Below, piece after piece: positions 53,301 through 64,000 of a stretch of DNA of 64,000 nt; position 1 is the stretch's first letter, and each line of letters begins with the position of its first letter. The position numbers and the translations under genes are program-made. Origin of the DNA: Vitrella brassicaformis CCMP3155 (lineage: Eukaryota > Protista > Chromerida); assembly GCA_001179505.1 (NCBI GenBank), contig CDMY01000219.1:62001-126000 (forward strand), read 5' to 3'. Under the pieces are notes generated by a model. It did no database searches and was not told the origin of the DNA. It saw nothing but the letters and a program-made list of their open reading frames with translations.

Positions 53301-54455
53301 TTCGTACCTCCACCCATCCCTGGCCGAAAGTAGACACCCAGATAGACAGAGAGCATCATTACACACGTGTGGATGTCTGGGTATTGCTTACCATGATAGC
53401 CCCCGCCTGGCAGACCTTCCGGTCCTTTTGGCCGCAGAGCTGGCACACGTTTCGGATGACGCGCTCGTCACGGGGGAATCGGTCGAAAAAGGTGAAGGCC
53501 AGACAGCCCGGCACCCCCTTGCACAGGTCGTGGCATTCGTCCAGAGTGATATTCTCGACGCCCTCCCGGTAGTGATGGCGAGTGTTGGAGAAGAGGCAGG
53601 CCACTGAGAAGAAGCGATTCGGCAGTAGTTGACACGAAAAGGCCTCATGCATGTTTTACCGTTATACTCGAAGCAAGGAGACCGAAACGCACCTGCAATC
53701 CAGTCCAACGGACACCGGAAACAAGCGCGAGTTCGTTTCGCACGACAGAGGGCCGATTCTCTTTGCTCGTTTCCTGGTGCCGGCCGACCTCTGTCGCAGT
53801 CCATGCTGTATTTCCCGCCGGACACATACCAGTTGGCAATCCCGTTCTCACTGGTCTCCTCGGGCATGTGCCGGCGCCCGGCATCGGAGCTCTTGAGGAA
53901 GCAGCCCTTGATTCTCGAGAATGTCCACCCCTTGCAGGCGTCATATGCCTGACACCCTCTTTGGCAGTCGCTGACACACATAGAGACAGCACAGCACAGC
54001 AGGTGCAGCAGTGCACACGTGTATGTGTGTGTGTGTGCGTGACAGTTACTAGGGACGCGCCACCATGTGCCCCAAGGCGTTGACATCCAACCCGACGGAC
54101 GGCGCCTCATCGACGTCGTTGATGCCAGTCGTGCTGACGATCACAGGCTCGCTGAGGTTGTAGCCCTCGTAGTCGAAGTCCCACTCGTAGCATGACGCGT
54201 TTGGGGGCGGAGCCACTGTCGCTTCCGGCGTCCCGAAGCATATGCCACTCCTTCGGCCATCGGGTGCGCATTCGACATCTGAACAACGCAACCACCACTG
54301 CATATGATGCGGCTGCGTGTGGCTGCCGTGCACCACCCAACATGCCTACCTTCAGGCGTCTGCACATTCTGCCCCTGGACCAAGCCAAGGAAGCAGGCGC
54401 TGCCCATGAGCGCCAGCAGCACATGGGGGCGATGAATGCGATGCGGCGCTGTCAT
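50317..54455 (-). CDS. Signal peptide, three PAN/Apple domains and about six TM helices
   Basis: The in-phase exon chain gives PAN1 (CYEWDFDYEGYNL...DCQRGCQAYDACKGWTF...GCFLK...VSGGKYSMDC), PAN2 (CFEYNVAC...DECHDLCKGVPGCLAFTF...CQL) and PAN3 (CYHQGV...GCQELCREEPDCEAFS...CML...VSGPRLC), then hydrophobic helices flanking an acidic loop. Stop at 50317. Confidence 0.8.
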
Positions 54456-54892
54456 CCCGACCGAGGGCTCAATGAGTAAGACAGGCAGATCTCCCTCCAC
54501 CCAGCCAGACAGGTGTATCCTGACGACAGAGATGAGAGAGAAAAGTGCAGCTCTCTCTGATTGAACACCTCTGCTATAATCACCTTACACTATGTAGTCC
54601 TGTCTGCTGATCTGGTGCTCCGCCTTTTGGTTGGTTGGTTGGTTATTGTGTTTCACGAGACTCGTGTCTGTAACCCCCGGAGGGACCCTGTCATATCGCG
54701 CACTAAACTAGCAGCATGTACATGCATATGCATGCACACGGCCTGTCTACCCGCAGCACCTCAAAAAGCGGCCGGCTGTCCGTCGACCAGCGGTACGGCA
54801 TGCCACTGACGGCATAAAAACCACGTACCCAACAGCGGTTTGAGTGCCTCTCCGTCGTCGCTCGACTTGCACCGATTCCCATTCACTCGCAC

Positions 54893-56487
54893 TCATGCCC
54901 CTCTGGTGCCGTAGCTGTTGTTGATGCGCTGCAGCTGGAACTCGCCTGCGGTGATGGCGGGGTAGGCCTTGCCGGGACCCTGTTCACAAACATCACACAC
55001 CGGGTCCGACCCACTCGCCTGGCCCTTTATGCTGACCTGGATCACTGCAGAGTAGTTGGCTTGCTGCACACAACACACAGAATTTTACGGAGGGGGCATG
55101 GATGGATGGATGGATGGATGGGCGAGTGTCCATACGTGTGTGGCGGGTGTCTGTCTGTCTGTCTGTCTGTACCGTGAAGAAAGCGATCGAGTACCGTGGC
55201 CCCATGTACTCGCCCTCCCTCGGCAGCCGCACGCGATGCCAAGTGGACTTGAGGCGATCGTCTGACCAGCGCTTCAGCATGTCACCGATGTTGACCTGTT
55301 GAAGACATGCACACACACACACATAGACGTACACACCGGCAGATATTGACTGATCATGTGGCAGCATCCTCCTCTGGCCTGCTGACCGTGATATCTCCCA
55401 GCCTGGGCTCGACAGGCGACCACTCCACCTTGCCCTCGAGGGCTGCCTTTCCTCCACACACCTCCAGGCCACCCTGACCCTCACGCTGATACAGCAAAGT
55501 CAGACTGTCCCCTGCATCCACACATCCATCCATCCATCCATCATCTAACACACACTGACGCACTGCATCTGCCTCCTGTCTGCTGCCCTGCTCACAGTCG
55601 GTGTGTGCGCCGGCCCGCCAGTAGCCTGGAGCGAACGTCCTTCCAGTGCAGTCGTGGTAGTGCAGCAACCGCAGGGCGATCTGCGAGTCCTCGGCGTCAA
55701 GGTCGTGCAGCAGGTTGAAGAAGTCCGGCTCGAACCCCAGTGACTCAGCAAAGCACTCGAACAGCTGCTTGGCCACTTTGTAGGACGTCTGCAGGCAAGC
55801 AGGGCATATCAACACCAGGATGGGACGTGTGTGTGTTTTGCGGCAGTATACCCACCCGCATGAACTTGATGACGAACTCTTTGAAGCCAGGCAGGTCGTC
55901 CTCCGATGGCCAGAAGTCACGCGTCATGGCACGACCAGACATCTGGCAGTGCAGGTAGAGAGGAGAGAGCACCACACATCAGACGTAGCGTAGCATGTTC
56001 ACACGAATGTCCGGCTTCTTCCCCTCCCTCCCTCCCTGCCCACCGTGAAGCTCTCCTTTTGGTCAGGAGTGCCTGTGGACGGCCGGATCTGGGCGAGATA
56101 CTCGAATCCCGCATTGAACTCCTTCTTGTAGGCGAGCGCCTGCTTCTTCTCCATCGGCAAGGAAAAAAACTGCTCGCTGCAGCACCACACGACACAAACA
56201 ACATAATCATGCACGCACACACGCCACCGTCCGCGTCTTCATCTGTGTGGTGGGTCGGCTGACCTGTAGTCGAACATCTTGGCAATCATGTCCTTCGGCA
56301 CGAGGTGGTTGACCAGCTGGAAGAACCCGATGTCTGATGCCGCCTCCCACACTCGCTGCCGTATCTCCTTCCTGCAGCTGTCAAAGGAGGACATGTCAAT
56401 CTTCTCTATCTTCTTGACGGCGATGACGCCATCGCCGCCAATGCCGCCCTCATATGCGTTCTCGTCCTGATCATGCGCAACCACCAT
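54893..56487 (-). CDS. 2-oxoglutarate/Fe(II)-dependent dioxygenase (IPNS/DIOX family)
   Basis: GFFQLVNH, LRLLHY, AHTD (HxD), VNIGDML, WHRV (distal His) and RYSIAFF (RxS). Confidence 0.93.
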
Positions 56488-56922
56488 CCTCGTTGCGCGG
56501 ATCTATGTAGGCAAACAAGCTGCTGAGGGAGCTTGGCAGCGAAGCGTTGCAGGCGTTCCTTCGTTCGCTATCAACAGGGGAGGAAGCATTCGGCTCTCAT
56601 GCGAGCTCAGAAGAATCCTCGCCAGATGGCCAAGAAGGGATGTAGCAGAAACGACACGCCGTCGCACTGCTCGCCATCCAGTGATCGATTTGATCGTGAG
56701 GCCGCTTTCGCGGCCTCACGGCGAAAGCGGTGGATGCATCCGGCCCTTCATCGGCACGCGCCATTGCAATGCTCGCGATTCATTGTCAGTTGCACCCAGC
56801 ACATAAGGTCCATACGTGCACTGCAGCTGAGTCTTTTCTGTACATGTCTCTTGTCGCAATGCCAGCGTCACACGCCATTGCCAATTCGTTGCATTTGATG
56901 TCAGCCGGATTATCTCCGTGAA

Positions 56923-58455
56923 TTATTGGCCCTGGAAGTAAGGAGGCAGCCCTTCAGGCGGCGGCGGGTTCTCCCGCGTGAAGTAGGCTGGCTGACTCCC
57001 CTTCGGCTTGTGTGGCTCCGCCTGCGGCTTCTTCGCCGGTGGTCCGCCTGGCCCCTCGTGAACCACATGCTGTGGAACACCTGGTTGCTGCTGCACCACA
57101 CGCTGGAACGGCAGTGGTTCGTTTTTCTTGACCTGCGTGTAGACGACATCTGGCGGCAGAAGGTCCAACTCCGACTTGATTTTGTCGCTGGCCTCGCAGC
57201 GGAACTCCCAGGGCTTGAAAGCGTCGTCGGGGCGGCTCTCAGGCACCAGGTCCTTGCGCATCATGTAGCTGTACAGTGTGAAGTCCTTCTTGAGGCACCT
57301 ACACGCGAAAGAGAAACAAACAACGTTGATTGACGATGCAATCGCTTTTCCACAACATCTATTACCGCCTGCCATCACAGATACTGGGCCACCCGCACCC
57401 CAGGCTCCTCAGGTGAGACACTACCTTGCCCCTCACGTCGTCCATCCAGTAAGTGTCCCCCCGCTTGCCACAGGGGTCATCACACACCAGAGGGTCATTG
57501 CAGGGCGGGTCTCCTTCAGCCCCGCACAGGCTGAGATACTTGCCACCACGCTTCTCCTTCTTGTCCTTTGCGGGTTCTTCTTTCTTCTTCGCCGGCACCC
57601 CCATGTCGATTGTGTATGCGACGCCGCCTTTTGTCTTCTTGAGTAGAGGAGGCGGCTTCTGTCGTGTCTCGTCATCATAGAGGGCATCTTCAATGTTGAC
57701 CAGCTTCGTGGCGGGGTACCTCGGGATAGCGAGGAGGCATCGCGGCGACAGGTCGCCGCTGTAGAAGCTTACTCGGGGATCCGCCTCATCGCTTGGGTCC
57801 TGCAGGCCAACAATATCTCCGAATCGACCGACATGGGTGATCTCGTGACTCACCTCCACGTTGTCCTGGAAGCGGTACGCGAGGGGTTTCAGGAAGCTGA
57901 GCAGAGTCAAGCCCCTCTTCAGACATCGAGGGCGACAGAAAGGCTCGCTGGCCGTCCGGCCGTCCAGTGTCATCCGAAGCCCCTCCTCCTTTAAGTCACA
58001 GCCCACGATGTTGAGCTTGGGCAGCAGGCCGTCAGGGTCATTGCTGGGTGCGCATGGACTCCCACATGTACATTGAGGAGGACTGCATGTGTGCACATTG
58101 CAGTCCGTCCAGACGTGACAGGGCCAGAACGGGCCAGCCTTTCCACGAGAATCTGCGAAAACCACCGAAGAAGGGGTCCGCGTGCGTCATATCGACGTTT
58201 TGGTGCTCTTTACCGGCGAAGGCATGGGAGGAGAGAGAAGTAGTGGCATTTTGGAGCGAGCATGACCCATCTTCTGTACCTGCACCATTGCAAATGCATC
58301 TTTTTCTGTTGTGGCGGGTCCGAGTCGTCCTTCGTTTGCTGACCTTCTTTCGAGGAGCACTGACCACCTTTAAAATGTAGAGAGGAGCTGACATTCAGTG
58401 CAAAAAATGAGGGCAGTGCGCACAGGCACAGAGCGATGAACAGCGGACGTCCCAT
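56923..58455 (-). CDS. Hypothetical secreted Cys-rich protein with a Pro-rich tail
   Basis: Signal peptide MGRPLFIALCLCALPSFFA; Cys-rich exons (CHVWTDCNVHTCSPPQCTCGSPC, CGAEGDPPCNDPLVCDDPC); DDVRGK|CLKKDF junction in phase. Confidence 0.7.
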
Positions 58456-58613
58456 CGTTGCCGGCTCCTCTCCCTTCTTTGCGAGCTTGGCATTGATCGA
58501 CGTGCTATCCTGTAGGTGCTGTTGAAGCGTCGAATCTGAGTTTGGCCGGACGTTAGGTGACGCCCTTGTCACAGTTGCACTTAGGATCTGCGGTTCCATC
58601 CATCCATCCATCC

Positions 58614-59409
58614 ATGGATGTGTTATGGCTCTGGCGGCTCATGTCCTGGCTATGGCGACTGGTTCCAGAAGTTCTTATGGAGCGCCTGCTGGCGTTTGAC
58701 CTCACCCAGCTGTCGTTCACCCAGCACGATCTCGACGATGCCTTCTTTGGGTTCATCGACTGGCTGGCCCGGTCCTCGGAGCTGCCGTGGTTGTGCTATC
58801 TGGCCTCCTTATCCGTCATGGTTTATTTCTGGTTGACTCCTTCTGCGGTGGCCGGCCTCGGCGGCGTCATGTTTGGTCATCGATACCACAAAAGAACGCG
58901 TGAATGGGTGCTCGGGTTGGGTTTCCTGCTGATTGCGGGAATGCTCATCGGTCTGCGTTTCGGTCTCGGCGTCGCTTATGGGTTGATCTTCCTCATCTCT
59001 CTCATCATGCTCGCCGCCCTGTCATCCCAGCGCCCTCGCCCACCCCGTTGTGGCTATCGCACTGGGACACGGCGGGTGTTCCTCTTGCTGCTGGTGTACC
59101 TCTTCATCGGATGCTCCGACGGTCTGCCCATCAATGGGAGGATGCGATGCACACACAATGACACCCCTTTCCTGTCTGTGGTGTGTGGTGTGTGCAGGCA
59201 TGTTGTCTATCGGAGGGCCGGCCATGTGCGGCAACGCCACACTCGGCGCCCGTGTCGTACCACCTGTGGTGCACCGTGAGCACACAACGGCCGACGGGCG
59301 CCAACACCACCAGCTTCAGCCGCTGTCTCATCCCCTCCCACGTCCTATTCCCGTAGATAGACAACGGAGCGCCTTCGCCCAATTGCCTTCCCCTTGTGTA
59401 GGGTTTTGA
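58614..59409 (+). CDS. Hypothetical multi-pass membrane protein
   Basis: Several hydrophobic segments (YLASLSVMVYFWL, WVLGLGFLLIAGMLIG, VAYGLIFLISLIMLAAL, VFLLLLVYLFIG); one intron near 59125-59197. Confidence 0.6.
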
Positions 59410-59575
59410 ATCGCAGGGTTTAAGAAGAGACACGCCTCCCACCCACCCATTGTGAAGGCACACAGGCCACCCACCCACTGATGCGCCCAGTCTGAGACTT
59501 GTCTGAGACTGGGCGCAATTGACTGGGGGTGTGGGGGCCGAGACGGGAGAAGCCCGTGGAGACTCGAGAGGCAAG

Positions 59576-60382
59576 ATGAGACTGCTGGTGCTGTGCTGTG
59601 CACTAATCATCGCAGTTGTCGAGGCAGACAATGTGACAGGTACCATTCTTCCCCTGGCTGCTGGGCAGCCGAAGGGAGATTCTGAACCATGCTGTCCGTT
59701 CAGGTCGGACCCCCTTGTGCAACAATCTCTACTGGACAACTGAAGAGGACCTCTTTGTGAAGGCAACCACAGATGTGAACAACACCACAGCCCCAATCAC
59801 AGCATGCGTCAGGTAGGCCAGCAAGGCGCCCATCTGAACACGTGTGCGGCAATGCCCTGCCCTCGCCAGGCGCACGGGGTCCGACCCACAGAAGGGCACG
59901 GAGAGCATGTGCAGCGACGTCACGCTTGCGAGCGAGTACGACGGGGCCAAGCCATGCTGCAACATCCACCTTTGCGTCAACACAGACACACCAACCTTCA
60001 AAGCAGATGTGGGTGATCATGAGAATACATGTGCGTGTATCCGTCTACTGCGAGGCTCGACGGTGCGTTTCTCGTGCAGCCGATCACTTCAGGCCGGCTT
60101 GTGGAGGATGAGCATGCTGACTGGTGGTGCGAAGACCCTGAGGCCGGCACTCAGAAGTGGCGGGTGGTCTTAAGGTGGGTCAGCGAGCGAGACACAATCG
60201 ATCAGCCACTGCCTGCGGTGTCTTCTCTTGTCAGCGCCGGATGCACTGAGGAAGACATCATCGCTCCGGCTGTGCACTCCCCCAAGGAGCGCCTCTACAA
60301 GAAGCACACGGCAGCCCCGAGACACAAGCGACAGCCCACGCCACCCGTGGAAAAGCTCATCGCGTCACGGCATGACTGGTGA
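59576..60382 (+). CDS. Hypothetical small secreted Cys-containing glycoprotein (5 exons)
   Basis: Signal peptide MRLLVLCCALIIAVVEA. In-phase exons GRTPLCNNLYW...NNTTAPITACV|RRTGSDP...KPCCNIHLC...|PITSGR...WWCEDP...|SAGCTEED...RHDW*. Confidence 0.65.
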
Positions 60383-61353
60383 TAGCCATGACCAGAGGAA
60401 GACGAGAAGAAACATGAGTGCAGCACATGAGCGACGTGGGATGACATTGTCGTGATGTGCAAAAATGAGAAGAAGCCAGAACAATAGCTCTCATGAAGCC
60501 ACGTCTCGCCTCAGCTACATCATCACACGGTCTCATCCACGCTGCGCCACTGCGAGAGGCCACACTGGCCGGCGTTTCTGTGCGTGAGCACACAAGCGCG
60601 TGCATCCGTGGGGATGAAGGAGGAGACATCCCATCGCACCCTCTGCAGAACCCACAATGCTGACACATTGGACAGCCACACACATGGAGAGCACCAGGCC
60701 ATTTGTCGTTCTCATGGCAGCGGCAGCCGGGCCATCAGTAGCGGGCAGCAGGGGGAAGGCCGCTTCTCGTCTGCTTTGCTTCCATTACGTCTTTGCTGGG
60801 CTGAGAGGGCGCAAGGAACATTGAGACGACTCTGGGGCGAGTGTGTGTAGATGTAAGTGCAATTCCTGCTTGGCCGTAGAGATCGCTTCACTCCCATCGC
60901 ATCGCAGGTCTTTGGTATCTCGTGTCATCCAGTCTCATCCATCCCACGCACACACAGAAACCAATCCATGACAACAAAACCGTCACGCACGCACGGCACG
61001 TCAGAGCATGCAGATAAGTGGCTACCTGTCTGTCTGTCAGTAGGGAAACGGTGATGTGTGTCTACACGCCGCCGGAGAGACGTTGCACACAGGGATGCAT
61101 GAGATGTAGATGGCAGGGGGAAAATGCTAAAGCCGTGACTTGAGCGGGAGGACAGGCAGACAGGCAGCCACTCACTTTGCTGGGCAACACACGATCCATC
61201 CATCCATCCATCCGTCCATCCATCCAGCCACGTGTCGACAGCACACAGACACAGCCAGGCAGACAGACCCCAAAGGGCTCTCCTCTTCCATAGGGCAGTT
61301 TGGACAGTCTTCTTTGTTTTAGATGGAAATTGGTGGGTTGCTGAAGGCTTTGT

Positions 61354-61927
61354 TCACCAGGGCAGGGGGCCGCAAAGTGAGATGGGGTCCACGGGGCCTT
61401 TGGCGTTCTGGCGCTTCTTCAGCAGGAGATAGCTGTCCCACACCTCATCGTCCTCAGGTCCCTTGGGCAAGGGGGGCGGGAGCGGCAGAGGGCCGGACAC
61501 TTTGCGCATCATCCTCTTTTTCTTCAGCAGATACGAGTCCCAGGCCTCGTCGTCAGACTGACGTGTGGGGAACGAACAACACCACACAAGAAGCCGCTGT
61601 GTGTGTGTCGTGGCTGTGTCTTGGGGGTGTGTCTGTGTGTGGCACGAATGAGAGTATTACCCAGTCGATTTCGATATCCGGGCTGTTGGGTGCGTGCGTG
61701 CTGACGGCCGAAGCGCCTGCTCGCACCGACACACCACACACCATGCACCGTTCCCACTTTCCCCCCCATCGCAGTGCATACATACTCTGGATGTTTCCGA
61801 TTTTCTGCAGAGGCCCCGTGAAGGCCACCATCGTCACCAGCAGGACCTGGCGCACAGCAGCGACCAGCGACACGATGACGTCCCAAGCCCCCATCATGTT
61901 CTTCGCAGAAGTCGAGGCTGAGAACAT
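61354..61927 (-). CDS. Small hypothetical protein with a hydrophobic N-terminus and a duplicated DDE(A/V)WDSYLL-KK motif
   Basis: Three in-phase exons: ...LLVTMVAFTGPLQKIGNIQ|TGASAV...EIDW|SDDEAWDSYLLKKKR...EDDEVWDSYLLLKKR...PLPW*. Confidence 0.6.
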
Positions 61928-62417
61928 GATGCCGGTCGACACCCGAATTCATGTGAACCCAGGCCAAGAACTTGCCCGTTCTGCACAGAACTTGTCGTCC
62001 CTTGTTCCTACCTGGTAGATGGAGCAGCTGCAGAGGACGACTGTGCAAAAAGTGGCCTTGCGGTGCGCTGCAGCCAGGGGAACTTGTGCTCGGTCCTCCG
62101 AGTTACGGCAAGTGGCACACTGCAAGACAACAAAGGAACCAATTTTTGACTCTGCAGATGATCACGGAGAGACCAGAGGTGGGCACAGGTCATGCATGCT
62201 GGCTCTAATGATCATTCTTGACCACTCTGTGAGCCTCCAGTGAACCGCGGTGGCAGGGCGCAGTCCTGAAGGCATGCAATGTGACTCACCTACCGATCAC
62301 ACCGATGCCGGTGAGTGAAGAAAGGCTGATTCGAGAAAGGCTGGGGATGAGAAGCGACCCGTGTGTTTACCGCCCCTCGAGCTGTGTTTCGCGTACCCTA
62401 AGGCTCGGGAGGCAAGA

Positions 62418-63922
62418 ATGGACGACGATGATTTTCCTGCTTTTCCGGTTCGACGACCAGCAGCCAGATCTGCTTCGACCGGCAACGCCTTGCGCAGCTT
62501 GCTCAGCGGCAACTCGAGGGTGAACAGTAGTGATGACAACCTGGAAGGTGTGGTGGACAATTCGGTGGGCGTAGGCGAGCGGCAGGGAGGGGAGGGGGGA
62601 CAGCGCCGACACCAGATAATGGTGGAGCATGGAGGGCGCTGGGAACGTGTGGAAGTTGACAGAGAAGATTTCCCACCGCTGGATTTGCCTGGGTTTCGTC
62701 CTAGTGCTCGGCCTATCCGGATGGTTCATCCCGCAGACCCACCTCCCAGCCACTGGGGACGACATCCTCCCAGCGGAGCGCTTCTGACCTTCGCGTAAGA
62801 CCAGAAGCACAGCTTGTCCTCCGGTCAATGAGGTGTGTGTGTTTTTGCAGTGAGATCCGTCAGTCGACTTCTATCGTTGTCCAGGGCGAGCACGTCATCG
62901 ACTCTATACTGTCGCGGTGTGACCCAGCAGAGCTGCAGGGCCTCCCTCCCCCGTCCCCCCCTCCCTCCATAGACAGCCAGACCACGGCCAAAGGTCACCA
63001 AGAAGGCGGCAGTGCTGCCGCTGGGTCTCTGCAGGCCACGTCGGCCGAGTACAGCAAGGGGGAGGGGGCGGGACCACAGCCTAGCAGCTCCAGTAGCGAT
63101 GATTGTAGTGGTGGCGATGATGCGCGGCCGTCGCCTTCGACGTCAGCTAGCAGCGGGGCTGGTGAGGGCGGCATGGGCAGCGATTCGCGGCCATCGTCGT
63201 CTGGGGATGAGGGGAAGGGACAAGGGGGCGATGAGGCCAATAAAGCTGACGACCAGGTGAGCAAACAGGGAGGGCTTTTAGTGCACATGCACTCCATCAA
63301 TGTGAGTGTGTGTGTGTGTGTGTCGTTCGGTCAGATGTGTCCGATTTGCTACGATTTGAAGCGCGTTGGGGCCCCGCTACGGCGTATCGACGAGTGTGGT
63401 CATTCATTTCACAGTACAGATCAGAAACACAGTCGCACACTGCAGAGAAGAGCGGCCGTATGTCTATCTGTTGGTGTCTGTCTGTCTGTGTCTGTCGGTC
63501 GGTCAGTGCACTGTCTGGATGAATGGCTAGTCAAGAAATCCACGTGCCCGATATGTCGGCTCAACCTGCGTGACGCGGCGGTACGAAATGCAAGACACGG
63601 ACAAACACAGACAGACCCTGCCCCCGCCTTTCAAATGGATGTCATGTCCATTGGTATGCAGGCCCGTCACCGTTCGCTCGTCTGCGCCACTCCGAGCTCT
63701 CCCGTGTCCGTCTCCCCACACGCGGCGGGCCCCCAGTACTCACGACAGACATTCTTGCGGCACCGTGATGTGGGCCTCGCACACAGGCGTGCGGAGCGTC
63801 AGCGAGGGGTTCTCTGGGAGGCACCAGATGAGACCCCATCCTGGATAGACGACGATGAGCAGCAACTTCGGGAGCCGGGGCCTGTAAGTCAGAATCCATG
63901 CCCATGGACGTGTGTACGCATC

Positions 63923-63953
<31 letters not shown>

Positions 63954-64000
63954 GTGTGCATTTGTGCAGGATATTGATGATCGTCCGTTTGTGCGCAGCC
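62418..64000 (+). CDS. RING-H2 zinc-finger protein (putative E3 ligase), continues past the window end
   Basis: Spliced RING-H2: CPICY...ECGHSFH|MHCLDEWLVKKSTCPICR. The downstream exon is still open at 64000. Confidence 0.88.

Overview
This is eukaryotic nuclear DNA, not a prokaryotic locus. It is GC-rich and gene-dense, with many short (about 40-150 nt) GT-AG introns full of (GT)n, (GTCA)n and (GATG)n microsatellites. This style, together with bipartite plastid-targeting leaders and lineage-expanded ankyrin and F-box-like families, points to the chromerid alga Vitrella brassicaformis or a close relative (inference). I rebuilt about 25 genes by hand-splicing; no database searches were run, so family assignments rest on recognised motifs. 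Recognisable genes: RRP7, an ER CREC/ERC EF-hand protein ending in HDEL, an F-box/LRR protein, a flavin amine/L-amino-acid oxidase, a dual-specificity phosphatase, an SLC34/NptA-like transporter, a plastid acyl-CoA/ACP synthetase, a rhodanese, SNF1/AMPK-alpha, a 2OG-Fe(II) oxygenase and a RING-H2 protein. Mobile DNA: a 5'-truncated CRE-like non-LTR retrotransposon inserted into an exon, and a TA-flanked Tc1/mariner-type MITE. The most notable observations are (1) a 12-exon gene fusing a NADAR domain with a degenerate active-site motif to a splicing-type FHA domain, an RRM and an RS tail; (2) a 2,335-bp tandem duplication that splices ERC EF-hand exons in frame onto the exon of a small cationic Cys-rich peptide (could be an assembly artefact); (3) that defensin-like peptide gene itself; (4) a receptor-like protein with three PAN/Apple domains and about six TM helices. 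There are two 300-N assembly gaps (7622-7921, 48859-49158). No CRISPR array, rRNA or tRNA was seen.
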